Of a DNA stretch of 64,000 bases, positions 24,652 through 36,500 are shown one piece after another. The first letter of the stretch is position 1, and every line of letters starts with the position of its first letter. This DNA is from Leucoraja ocellata (lineage: Eukaryota): NCBI GenBank assembly GCA_036785375.1, contig JAWMAR010000067.1, forward strand, positions 2,666,001 through 2,730,000. Reading direction: 5' to 3'. A program made the position numbers and the translations under genes. The notes beneath the pieces are model-generated. The model made no database searches. It had not been told where the DNA came from and saw only the letters and a program-made list of their open reading frames with translations.

Positions 24652-25714
24652 TTCAGATTCAACTTTAATTGTCATTGTCAGTGTACAATACAGAGACAAC
24701 GAAATGCAGTTAGCATCTCCCTGGAAGAGCGACATAGAATATGATTTCATTAAATAAATCTATTTACATGCATATAGTCATAGTGTTTTTCCTGTGGGAG
24801 GAGTGTCCGGGGGGGGGTGATTGGCAGTCACCGAGGTACATTGTTGAGTAGTGTGACAGCCGCAGGGAAGAAGCTGTTCCTTGACCTGCTGGTCCGGCAA
24901 CGGAGAGACCTGTAGCGCCTCCTGCATGGTAGGAAGGTAAACAGTCCATGGTTGGGGTGAGAGCAGTCCTTGGCGATGCAGAGCGCCCTCCGCAGACAAT
25001 GCTTGCTTTGGACAGACTCAATGGAGGGGAGCGAGGAACCGGTGATGCGTTGGGCAATTTTCACCACCCTCTGCAGTGCTTTCCGGTCTGAGACAAAGCA
25101 GTTGCCATACCATACTGTGATGCAGTTGGTAAGGATGCTCTCGATGGTGCAGCGGTAGAAGTTCACCAGAATCTGAGGAGACAGATGGACCTTCTTCAGT
25201 CTCCTCAGGAAGAAGAGACACTGGTGAGCCTTCTTGACCAGTTGAGATATTGTGGGTCCAAGAGAGGTCATCGGAGATGTTGACCCCCAGGAACCTGAAG
25301 CTGGAAACATGTTCCACCTCCGTCCCGTTGATGTGGATGGGGGTGTGCGTGCCGCCCCTAGACTTCCTGAAGTCTACAATGAGCTTAGTCTTCTTGGAGT
25401 TAAGGGCCAGGTTGTTGTCAGCGCACCATGCTGTTGCTGATGAGGCCAATCACCGTTGTATCATCTGCATACTTGATAATGGTGTTAGTACCATGTACAG
25501 GTGTGCAGTCGTAGGTGAAGAGGGAGTAGAGGAGGGGGCTCAGCACACAGCCCTGTGGAACGCCGGTGTTCAGGGTGAGGGTTGAAGAGGTGTGCTTCAA
25601 CTGGGGTCTGTTGGTTAGAAAGTCCAGTATCCAGTTGCAGAGGAAGGGGTCGATGCCCAGGTTACCGAGTTCGATGATCAGTTTAGAGGGTATAATGGTG
25701 TTGAATGCTGAGCT
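24652..25714 (-). mobile_element. Rex1/Babar LINE, 5'-truncated
   Basis: ORFs [10 protein letters not shown]...[20 protein letters not shown]...[13 protein letters not shown] and KKAHQCLFFLRRLKK...FYRCTIESILTNCITVWYG. Confidence 0.93.
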
Positions 25715-26199
25715 GTAATTATTGTCGTGTGTACCAAGGTACAGTGAAAATCTCTTGTTGTGTGCTATCCAGTCAGCGGAAAGACTGTATATGATTGCAG
25801 TTTCTAAATAATTAAGAAACATTTAGGTAGGTATACGGTGGATAGGATAAGTTTAGAGGGATATGGGCCGAAAGCAGGCAAGTGGAACCAGCGTAGATGG
25901 GATATGTTGATCAACATGGCCATGTTGGGCACACACTGTGTGACTCTCTGACTCTGAGGGAGGAACTCAGTCCAAATGTACAGATACAGGATAAAGAGAA
26001 TAATGTTTAGTGCAAAATAAAGTCCAGTAAAGTCCGATTAAAGATAGTTTGACTCTCCAATGAGGTAGATGGTAGGTCAAGACCGCTCTCTAACTGGTGA
26101 TGGAATGGTTCAATTGCTTGATTCTTGATTCATGTGGTTGAAAGCAATGCCCTGCCTCAATCCAGTAATTCCAGTTATTCCTTTGGGGGGGGGGGGAAA

Positions 26200-26565
26200 G
26201 AGGATGAGAGGTGATCTGCTAGAGGTGTATAAAACTATGAGGAATAGATTGGGTAAATGCACAGAGTCTCTTGCCCAGAGTAAGGGAACTGAGAACCAGT
26301 AGATTTAAGGTGAGGATAGAATTGAAAGGAATCGGAGGGGTATCTTTTTTACACAAAGGGCGGTGGGTGTATGGAATGAGCTGCCGGAGGAGGTAGTTGA
26401 GGGAGGTTCTATCGCAACGTTTAAGAAATATTTACACAGGTACATGGATAGGATAGGTTTAAAGGGATTTGGACCAAACACAAGTAAGTGGGATTAGTTT
26501 AGATGGGATATGTTAGTCGGTGTGGGCAAGTTGGGCCAAAGGGCCTGTTTGCTCTCTCTATGACT
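26200..26565 (+). mobile_element. CR1 3' fragment
   Basis: aggatgagaggtgatctgctagaggtgtataaa...tttacacaaagggcggtgggtgtatggaatgagctgccgg. Confidence 0.8.
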
Positions 26566-26756
26566 ATCTCCACAGCAAAGGATTTTCTGAGATTTTAGAT
26601 TTGATATTGTCATGTACACAGTAGGTGCAGGTACAGTGAATAGCGTTGTTTTGCATTCTATTAAATCTGATCATCTAATACTATGCATGAATACAATCAG
26701 GTCTAACTCAATTACAATAGATAGTGTAGAGGAGAAGATACAGAGTACAGGATATG

Positions 26757-27033
26757 TTTTTAGTTTTCGAGATACAGCGTGTAAACAGTCCCTTTACCCA
26801 CTGAGTCTGTGCCAAGCAGTGATCACCCGTACACTAGTTCTATCCTACACACCAGGGACAATTTACAGCAGACAATTAACCTACACACCGGCACATCTTT
26901 GGAATGTGAGAGCACCCAAAGAAAACCCACACGGACACAGGGAGAACATGCAAACTCCAAACCGGCAGCACCCATAGTCAGGATCGATACTGGATCTCTG
27001 TCGCTGAAGGCAGCAACTCTACCATTGTGCCGC
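26757..27033 (-). mobile_element. V-SINE
   Basis: Minus-strand head, V-domain and tail. Confidence 0.8.
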
Positions 27034-27139
27034 CTGTCCATTTCCTCCAGAGATGCTGCTTGACGCCATGAGTTCCTCCAGCATTTCCTCCAGCAGTTTT
27101 TCCCAAGATTCCAACATCTGCAGTTCCTTGTTTCTACCC

Positions 27140-27810
27140 TTTACCAGAATGTTGATTGGATTAGAGGATATCAGGTATAAGGAGCGGTTGGACACACTTG
27201 GATTGTTTTCTCTGGAGCGTCAGAGGCAGAGGGGAGATCTAATAGAAGTAAATAAAATGATGAGTGGAGGGTAGACAGTGAGAATCTTTCCCCCTGGATG
27301 TAAATGTCAAAGACGAGAGCATGTAGCTTTAAGATGAGAAAGTAGAGTTTAAAGGAGATTTGCTGGGCAGGGTGATGGGTGCCTGGAACTCTCAGCCAAT
27401 GTAGAGGAGGAAACAAGAGTGGAATTTAAGAGGCTTTTGGATAAGGATGGTTAGTATAGTTTAGTTTACAGATACAGCACGTAAACAGGCCATTCGGCCC
27501 ACCGAGTCCACCCTGACCAGCAATCCCCGTTAGGGACAATTTACAATTTTACCAAAACCAATTAACCTGCAAACCTTTACATCTTGTGGGAGGAAACCGG
27601 TGCACCCGGAGAATACCCACAGAGTCATGGGGAGAAAGCACAAACTCTGCACCGACAGCACCCGTGACCAGGATTGAACCCAGGTCCCTGGCGCTGTAAG
27701 CGAATGGATCACGTGCAGGCAGAGGAGGTTAGTTTTAACTTGGCAGCATGCTCAGTACAGATATAGTGGGCTGAAGGGTCTGTTTCTGTTCTGTACTGTA
27801 CCATGTTCTA
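27140..27810 (+). mobile_element. CR1 3' fragment with a nested minus-strand V-SINE (27450-27700)
   Basis: FTRMLIGLEDIRYKERLDTLGLFSLERQRQRGDLIEV. The CR1 tail resumes near 27700. Confidence 0.8.
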
Positions 27811-28329
27811 TGTGTGTAAAATTCCACCTGTGTAGAATTTCTGAAAATGCTGAACCTGGTTTGAGCTCAGCAGACTCGTGTCGATGGTTCCCATATCACT
27901 GAGATCATTTGTGAGCTTCTTGGACTTGTCCCCCCACCAGTGCAATCACTCATTGCCATCGACAAGTGTGTCACTTTTGCTCACTGGCATCCTTCACCAT
28001 CCAATCCTTGTGCCCGGTGTAAAAATGGGTGCGTTTAGTCAATTGCAGGCCTCAGAAAGTGACTGCTGCAGAATATACAGATGAAGCATGTGAGACATGG
28101 AGAGTCTAATAAGCTGTGTGCAATTTATCCAAAGATTAGACTCTGCCTCTTTCGATTCACATTATTCACAGTCCAGAGGACAATTAGTCATAGGGCACGT
28201 CAGGATAACTGATGTTACCCTGGCGATTCTTTGTGTGCTCTTCCCAGAGAGGGATCTACTGTCATCCGAAATAATCATTCTACTCCTGAATCTCTTTCCT
28301 ACCTGTAAATCTAGCTGTCTGTTCCTCTT

Positions 28330-28639
28330 TACTTTAGTTTAGTTTAGTTTAGAGATACAGCATGGAAACAGGCCCTTCGGCAACCGAGTCCGCGCCGACC
28401 AGCGATTCCCGCGCACCGTATCTTATACACTGGGGACAATTTGTACAATGTTGACTGAGTCAATTAACCAACAGACCTGTTTGCGTTTGGAATGTGGGAG
28501 AAAACAAGAAGCTCCCGGGAGAAACCCACAAAGTCACGGGGAGAATGTACAAACTCCCTAGAGGCAGTACCCGTAGTCACGATTGAACCCAGGTCTCTGG
28601 CGCGGTAAGGCAGCAATTCTACTGCTGCAACACCGTGCC
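28330..28639 (-). mobile_element. V-SINE
   Basis: Full copy with (TTTAG)n tail. Confidence 0.85.
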
Positions 28640-28902
28640 ATCCCGTTGCTTTATCTATTATACTTGACTTGATTATATTTATGTTTAATGTTATCTGATC
28701 TGATATACATACAAAACAAAACTTTTCACTGTACCTAATCATAAGCCTAAACCTAAATCTTGTTCCTTTATTAAAGGCCAGCACAGAAGAGCCATGCGAC
28801 TATGGACCAGTGAGCCTTACATCATTAGTTGGGAATTTATTGGAGAAAATTCAAAGGGACGGATTTATGTACACTTGGATGGGGCATGTACTGATCAGAG
28901 TC

Positions 28903-29216
28903 AGGGTAGCACGGTGGCACAGTGGCACAGCGGTAGTGCTGCTGCCTTACAGGACCAGAGAACGTGTTTCATCCTGACTATGGCTGCTGTCTGTACAGAG
29001 ATTGTACGTTGTCCTTGTGACCGTGTAGATTTTCCCCAGATGCTCCGGTTTCCTCCCACACTTCAATGACGTATGGGTTTGTAGATTAATTGGCTGCGGT
29101 AAAAATTGAAAATTGCCCCGAGTGTGTAGGATAGTTCTAGTGTACGGGATGATCGATGGTTTGCATGGAATCAGTGGGCTGAAGAGCCTGATCCATGCTG
29201 TATCTCTAAAGTCTAA
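28903..29216 (+). mobile_element. V-SINE
   Basis: Full copy inserted in an old CR1. Confidence 0.85.
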
Positions 29217-29219
29217 AAA

Positions 29220-29990
29220 TCAAAAGTCAGCATGGCTTTATGCAAGGGAAATCCTGCCTTCTTAATTTGATTGTTTTTGAGGAGGTAGCAAATGAGTTTG
29301 ATAAAAGCAAAGCAGATTATGTAGTCCATGTGGACTTCAGTACAGTATTTGATAAGGAGCCATGTGGTTGGCTGATCCAGAAAGTGGAAGCGAGTGAGGG
29401 GGGGACCCTCATTGAAACGTACAAAATAATGAAAGGCTTGGAAAGAGTGGATGTTTCCTCTAGTGGGAGAGTCTAGGACTAGAGGTCATAGCCTCAGAAT
29501 TAAAGGTCATTCTTTTAGGAAGATGAGGAGGAATTTCTTTAGTCAAGTGAGGGTGGTGAATCTGTGGAATTCTTTGCCACAGAAGGCTGTGGAGGCCAAG
29601 TCAATGGATATATTTAAGGCAGAGATAGATTCTTGATTAGTACAGGTGACAGAGGTTATGGGGAGAAGGCAGGAGAATGGGGTTAGGAGGGAGATAGATC
29701 AGCCATGATTGAATGACGAAGTAGACTTGATGGGCCGAATGTGTTTGTTGTTAGGCGGTAGAGGGTACATGTGGAAGCATGCATAGCCATTTAGAATATT
29801 GTGACTTAGTGTACTGAATAAATCAGCATTGGGACCCTTGTTGTTTGTGATGCATGTTAACAACTTGGATGGGATTATAATCAGTAAGCAGATAAGATGG
29901 AAATTGGTGATGCTCTGTATAGTCAAGAAGATTGTCCAACGCTCGAGCTGGATATAGATTAGATGGAAAGTTGTGCAGAGAATGAGAATT
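29220..29990 (+). mobile_element. Nested CR1 fragments
   Basis: QGKSCLLNLIVFEEV...YVVHVDFSTVFDK (RT), with a younger 3' piece MFPLVGESRTRGHSLRIKG...VVNLWNSLPQKAVEA at about 29395-29740. Confidence 0.8.
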
Positions 29991-30137
29991 TGTATCTGTG
30001 CACTGCGGACGTGTATCTGTACACTGTGGACGGCTCGATTATTATCATGGATAGTCTTTACACTGATTGGAAACAAAAAAACTATTCACTGTATATCTTG
30101 GTACACAAGACAATAATCTAAACTGATCTCAATTAAA

Positions 30138-30270
30138 TGTGTAGGAAAGAACTGCAGGGGCTGGTTTACACCGAAGATGGGCACACAATGCTGGAGTAAC
30201 TCAGCGGGTCAGGCAGTATGTCTGGCAAGAAGGAATGTGTGACGTTTTGGGTCGAGACCCTTCAGACTAA
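30138..30270 (-). mobile_element. Penelope-derived short element
   Basis: tgtgtaggaaagaactgcag...gtgacgttttgggtcgagacccttcagact. Confidence 0.75.
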
Positions 30271-30674
30271 ACTAAAATTTGATCCCAACAATTGCAAGCT
30301 TATTCTTGTATTGTCACGCTCATTCATGTTCATGCAAGCTTATTGTCCTTCTGCTAACTGGATAGCATGCAACAAAAGCTTTTCACTGTACCTCGGTACA
30401 CGCAACAATAAACTAAACTGAGTCTAACTGAGTCATCTTGGGAAGTGAAATATGGATTGGACATAATGCAGAAAGTGGAAGGGCACTAAGGAATGATGGT
30501 GAGGAGAGGAACATTGGGATTGAAGGGTGTAATTCACTGGCAGTAATAACACAGGTTGGAAGGGTGATGAAGAAGGCATGTGGCATCCTTGCCATCATAG
30601 GTTGGGGTATGGGGGTATGGAATATAAGAGTTGGGACATTTAGTTTAATTTAACATGAAGAGCCTCGCTATCCT

Positions 30675-30878
30675 AGTTTTGCACCCTACACATTAGGGGC
30701 AATTTACAGAAGCCAATTAACCTACAAACTCTCACATCTTTGGAATGTGAGAGCACCTGGAGAAAAGCAGCGCGGTCACAGGGAGAACGTACAAACTCCC
30801 TACAGACAGCACCCATAGTCAGGATCGAACCTGGGTCCCTGGCGCTGTAAGGCAGCAACTCCAGTACTGTGCCACCCA
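30675..30878 (-). mobile_element. V-SINE (tail truncated)
   Basis: Head and V-domain on the minus strand. Confidence 0.8.
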
Positions 30879-31157
30879 CTGTAAAAGCTATAATTCTACA
30901 TCTCTGTGAGATTACTCATATCTCTATGACAATGCTAAAAAAAGAACAATGATTGTTCACATCCTATACTGCCTAAACTTCAATCAGGCCATAACACAAG
31001 AGCAAAACATCTCTTGGTTGTATTAGCTTTTTGTGTCATCTGAATGTCTGTAAAAGCCACTGCAAACGGCTTTGCTGATTAGCTTCAGGCTCTGAAAATC
31101 CCTCCTTGCCGTGTTATTTCTCAGTTCGAAATGTATGTTCTCTTTGTGTCATTTCAG

Positions 31158-31313
31158 AATTCTACTGTGATTTTGAGACAGATTGTGAGCTGGAGTACTC
31201 CTCTGATGGTGACAACGGATTGACAGGCTGGGTAACTGCAACACCACAGGATCTTGCCCTGATCACTGAGACTCCTGTACCAGATCAAGATTACTCTGAG
31301 AAGTCAAGTGAAG
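31158..31313 (+). CDS. ltk: Internal coding exon (ALK exon 3 equivalent), start of the first MAM domain of an ALK/LTK receptor tyrosine kinase
   Basis: Acceptor tctttgtgtcatttcag and donor GAAG|gtaagg. 156 bp, phase 1-1, in frame with exon 11587-11706. Encodes EFYCDFETDCELEYSSDGDNGLTGWVTATPQDLALITETPVPDQDYSEKSSE(G), with the MAM signature CDFE-x-x-C...W...P-x-x-D-(H/Y)-S...G. CELEYS is shared with ALK and DYS..SEG with recalled fish Ltk. Confidence 0.88.
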
Positions 31314-31444
31314 GTAAGGGCATCACTGCCAGCATGATATAATCCAACAGGGAGAAATACAGATGCTTCACTCTATTAATTGTACAGGTTATCAAATCAA
31401 GAAAATGTCCAAAAGGCATGCAGAAATATAGTTCCAGTTATTTC

Positions 31445-32826
31445 TGTAGATTGGTTATTTCCTATTAACCAATGGGAGTGATTTTTTGTAGTGGCTCCCC
31501 CTAATATGTGATTTATATTACCAAGATCTTGCTTGCGTAATGAAGTCTGAGTATCTGCAAGTTACTGTAATGTCCTGCAGACCAGTGCTGTAAGTGGACT
31601 TTAATAAATATGTGTTCTGTCTTGACGTGTGTGCGACTTGACATTACATGGTGTCAAAAGTGGGATGCGAACCTCCAATTTGAACCTGAACAACATTACG
31701 CCCAGATTGAAAATGAATTGCTTGCAGTGGTTTTTGCCTGCACGGAATTCAAAGACTTTATTTTAGGGAAGTCTGTAATTATAGAAACAGACCACCAGCC
31801 GCTGGTCACCATCTTGAATAAACCCATTCACACTGCTCCGGCTTGCCTGCAACAGATGATGATGCAGCTGTAGCCTTTTGATTTTAACATTTTCTATAAA
31901 GAATGTCTCGTCATTGTCTATAAAGTTTGGCTCGTCAAACCCTTGCTGCCCTGCCTGTACCCCAGCAGCTTCTGCAGCCAAAGGTTCATTCTCCACCCGC
32001 AGTCCAGAAACTTGTTGAACTACAATTCAAGCGCGATGCACAAAAACGTTTTTTCGACAAGTAAGCCACTTAAACCTCTCTCCAGTGGACAGGTTGTTTG
32101 CCTCCAGACCAACAAGGGCTACGGCCGTCTGGGTCACATCCACAGCCCTGCCAAAGAACCGCGCTCCTGCCTGGTTAGCGAGGACGGGGCCATTTACAGA
32201 CGCAACCATCAACATCTCCTTCCTGTGAAGGAACCGCATCCTGCGACTTCGTATCCAGTGGTCTCGCGTTTTTCATACCCTCCCACTACCGGGCCGGCTG
32301 CTCCACCACCAGAGACTGTGTCCCCCGCAGCCTCTCAACGGCATTCAGTGCCCATCTCGCCTATTTCACCACCTCTATCCGGCGGGTCTCCGGCGCCGCC
32401 CCCGGTCACATCCCCTATCACCTCCACAGTCACTTCACCGGTGAAAGGAGGAGATGCAGATTCGTACCGCACACGTGCCAGACTATCAGCAGGCCACCCA
32501 TTAGATACGGTGATTTTGTGTAACCATTTATACTTCCCCATATGCTTTATTAACGTTTCAGCTGCTGTATTGTTTAGCCACCATGTTTCCACGTATAGAT
32601 GCTTTATTTTGTTTCTACAAGATGTAGATTGGTTATTTCCTACTAACCAATTGTAGTGTTTGTTAGTAGTTGCTCCGCCTCATATGCGATTTATAATACC
32701 AAGATCTTGTTTGCGTAATTCAGCCTGAGTAGCTGCTAGTTACTGTAATGTCCTGCAGACCTGTGCTGTAACTGGACTTAAATAAATAAGTGTTGTATCT
32801 TGACGTGTGTACGACGACTCATTACA
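31445..32826 (+). mobile_element. Internally deleted Gypsy (Mag-like) LTR retrotransposon
   Basis: LTRs 31445-31648 and 32623-32826 (204 bp each, TGTA...TACA) and 5-bp TSD ATTTC (31440-31444, 32827-32831). PBS TGGTGTCAAAAGTGGGAT. RNase H remnant YAQIENELLAVVFAC...IETDHQPL and integrase C-terminal remnant PRSCLV...IYRRNHQHL. Confidence 0.95.
31649..31666 (+). other. Primer binding site (tRNA-Leu type)
   Basis: TGGTGTCAAAAGTGGGAT directly after the 5' LTR, one mismatch to the tRNA-Leu(CAA) 3'-end complement TGGTGTCAGAAGTGGGAT. Confidence 0.85.
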
Positions 32827-33744
32827 ATTTCAATGCTTCCTAATAGATTTGGCTTTGTTTAAATAACTCTTGATCTTCATTGCAATGTTTGATTTTGGTG
32901 GAAACTATTGTACAGTAATTCAAGGCTGTTGATCATTTGGATATTGCTCCATTTAGCTGCTGCGATGTTACCGGGATGATAGGTTTTGTGGCGGAAGTTC
33001 TTGGTAATTATTCATTAGTGTTACAGCAGACAATCGGGGAAAACCTCCCAGAGCAAATCGTGCTTGTGTGCTTTTCATTATTGCAGCATTCCTTCACTGT
33101 GCCAGGGAGTTTTACCTGTGTCTTTTAGTTTTAGATATACAGCGTGGAAACGTGCCCTTCGGTCCACTGAGTTTATATATACCGTTTGTGCATATACACA
33201 TATGCAGGTTGAGATAACATAATTTTAGTACATATGCAGGTTGAGATAACATAGTTTTAGTTCCTGCCTCAACTACTTCCTCTGGCAGCTCGTTCCATAA
33301 AAACATTTGTATAAACAAATGTTACACAAACCGAGGATTGACTGAAGAAGGGTGCTGACCAGAAACGTTGTGTATATATGTGGTTGTTAATTCAGATAAA
33401 CCCTTGGTGAACGTAACTTTCTTTGATAACTTTGGTTCATATTATGGCCCAGAGCTGCATGTTCTCTCAGCCTGCATGATCAGTGATTACAGCTGTTACA
33501 GAAGGATTTACAGATGTTAATCAGCATTCGGCCTCCCCCCTCCCCCCCTCCTTTTTCATTTATGCGTGCAGCACGGTTGTGGGAAATCCAACCTGAACCA
33601 TATTAGTTCTTTGCTAATTATCTGTGTCAACCTTTCCGACTTCAGATAACCCCTCTGCTCAGTTATCTCTCTCAGGGGTGGAAAATACTCTTGTGTTCTT
33701 TGGCTCGGAATTCTTTCTAACACAGTTCTGCGTGTTGGGGTATT

Positions 33745-34110
33745 TCATAAGTTCATAAGTTCTAGGAGCAGAATTAGACCATTTGGCCCATTAAGTCTAC
33801 TCTGCTATTCAATTATGGCTGATCTATCTTTCCCTCTCAACCCCATGCTCCTGCCTTATCCCAATAACCCCTGACACCCGTACTAAGCAAGAATCTGTCA
33901 ATCTCTGCACTAAAAATATCCATTGACTTGGCCACCGCAGCTGCCTGTGGCAAAGAATTCCACAGATTCAACACCCTGTGATGAAATAAATTCCTCCTCA
34001 TCTCCTTTTGAAAGGTACGTCCCTTTATTCTGAGGCTGTACCCTCTGGCCCTAGACTCTACTGCTAGTGGAAACATCCTCTCCACATTCACCCTCTCCAG
34101 ACTTTTCACT
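33745..34110 (-). mobile_element. CR1 3' fragment
   Basis: ORF MKSLERVNVERMFPLAVESRARGYSLRIKG...VLNLWNSLP. Confidence 0.88.
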
Positions 34111-35050
34111 AATCATTATTTCTTACAGTGTGAGCTTGCAGTAGCACCATTTCTCATACCCTTGTATAAGGTTTGAGTGATAACTTGTTTATGGCATGTC
34201 CCAGGCCCACCGGTTAGATAAACCACTGCTGTCGGACCCCATTTGTCCACCGGACAGCTCCATTAAATATATTCTGCTGGCACATCACCAATTCCATCTC
34301 CTGACTGCATCCACGCTTGCCTCCATTCTCTCCTGGAGCTGTTCACACAATAATATTTTTTTTTTAAATTAAGCCATCTGTGCTTGTACTCACACATGCT
34401 CATTGCAGCAATCTCACAATTTAATTTAATTTAAATGAGAAATACTGTGCTGGATGACAGCAATAGGAACATGAGAAATTGAGAGTAAGATCAGTGGGGC
34501 TTTTTGTGTTCCGTGGCTTATGTTGGCAAGAATCCCAATATTACTGAACAAGATATGTTTTTCTCTTCTTTGTCCATATTTGCTTGCAACATAGCCCCTC
34601 TACCACTGTGCCTCTGTACCGCCCCGTTAGCTTCTCCTGGCTATCTGCTCTGTAATTAATTTCTCCCCAGTCTTGGAGAACAGTCAACTGAGAGGCGGTA
34701 ACAGTTATTTAAGATTGACCGTAATAAGTGTTTATGTGTAAAGCAAATTTTCAGTGTTAAATAATTATTCAACAAAAAATTACAGCTTCTCAACATTCTT
34801 CACTTCCTGGCATGCATTGCAGGATTAATTTTCCCATACAGCAGATCTTGGCCGGGAATCCTGCAGAACTCACAAGGCCACAAATGCAATTAAATTGCAC
34901 ATGGTGCCAAGTTACAGCTAATGTGGGGTATTTGCCATTGTTTAGTCCCATTTGGAATCCTGAGCAGTGTTTGTGACCTAATTATGCAGGTTAAAAAAAA
35001 AAGAATGTGCACTCATTATTGGTGCCTTCCATTTCCTTGGCAAAACCGTT

Positions 35051-35139
35051 GGGCGGCACAGTGACGCAGTGGTAGAGTTGCTGCCTTACTGCGCCAGAGA
35101 CCCAGGTTTGATCCTGACTACAGGTACTGCCTGTACGGA
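35051..35139 (+). mobile_element. V-SINE 5' head truncated by a CR1 insertion
   Basis: gggcggcacagtgacgcagtggtagagttgctgcc...ggtttgatcctgactacagg. Confidence 0.8.
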
Positions 35140-36500
35140 CAATAGACAATAGGTGCAGGAGTAGGCCATTCGGCCCTTCAAGCCAGCACCGCCATTCAAT
35201 GTGATCATGGCTGATCATCCCCAATCAGTACCCCATTCCTGCCTTCTCCCCATATCCCCTGACTCCGCTATCTTCAAGAGCCCTATCTAGCTCTCTCTTG
35301 AAAGTATCCAGAGAACCGGCCTCCACCGCCCTCTGAGGCAGAGAATTCCACAGACTCGCAACTCTCTGTGTGAAAAAGTGTTTCCTCATCTCCGTTCTAA
35401 ATGGCTTGCCCCTTATTCTTAAACTGTGGCCCCTGGTTCTGGACTCCCCCAATATTGGGAACATGCTCCCTGCCTCTAGCGTATCCAAACTTTTAATAAT
35501 CTTATATGTTTCAATAAGATCCCCTCTCATCCTAAATTCCAGAGTATACCAGCTCTGCCGCTCCATTCTCTTAGCATATGACAATCCCGCCTGGGAATTA
35601 ACCTTTGAACCTACTCTGCACTCCCTCAATAGCAAGAATGTCCTTCCTCAAATGACACAATATTACAGGTGTGGTCTCACTAGGGCCCTGTACAACTGCA
35701 GAAGGACCTCTTTGCTCCTATACTCAACTCTTCTTGTTATGAAGGCCAACATGCCATTAGCTTTCTTCACTGCCTGCTGTACCTGCATGCTTATTTTCAG
35801 TGACTGATGAACACGGATCTCATTGTACTTCCCCTTTTCCTAACTTGACACTATTCAGATAATAATCTGCCTTCCTGTTCTTGCCACTAAAGTGGATAAC
35901 CTCACATTTATCCACATTAAACTGCATCTGCCATGCATCTGCCCACTCACCCAACCTGTCCAAGTCGCCCTACATCCTCATAGCATCCTCCTCACAGTTC
36001 ACACTGCCACCCAGCTTTGTGTCATTTGCAAATTTGCTAATGTTACTTTTAACCCCTTCATCTAAATCATTAATGTATAGCTGCGGTCCCAGCACCGAGC
36101 CTTGAAGTACCCCACTAGTCACTGCCTGCCATTCTGAAAGGGACAAGGGACCCGTTAATCCTTACTCTTTGTTTCCTGTCTGCCAACCAATTTTCTATCC
36201 ATGTTGGCACTCTACCCCCAATACCGTGTGCCCTAATTTTGCCCACTAATCTCCTGTTGGACCTTATCAAAGGCTTTCTGAAAGTCCAGGTACACTACAT
36301 CCACTGGCTGTCCCTTGTCCATTTTCCTAGTTACATCCTCAAAAATTTCCAGAAGATTAGTCAAGCATGATTTCCCCTTCGTAAATCCATGCTGACTCGG
36401 ACCGATCCTGTTACTGCTATCCAAATGTACCGCTTTATCATCTTATATAATTGACTCCAGCATCTTCCCCACCACCAATGCCAAGCTAACTGGTCTATAA
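35140..36500 (-). mobile_element. CR1 (HER1-type) LINE, about 1.36 kb 3' portion with internal deletions
   Basis: SQHGFTKGKSCLTNLLEIFEDVT...VDVVYLDFQKAFDKV and RMRGDLIETYKII...RTRGHSL...SLWNSLP, with a (CTATTGT)n tail. Confidence 0.93.

Noticed and set aside
32443-32465. aaaggaggaga followed by tgcagattcgt, resembling a PPT plus LTR start
   Set aside because: Similarity to the LTR lasts only about 11 nt and lies within integrase-tail coding sequence, so it is probably coincidental
31943-32656. 237-aa ORF, the longest in the window
   Set aside because: It is the integrase C-terminal remnant of the deleted Gypsy element running into the LTR, not a host gene
33198-33260. 31-bp tandem duplication (acatatgcaggttgagataacata)
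   Set aside because: A small local duplication at a SINE/CR1 junction with no sign of function
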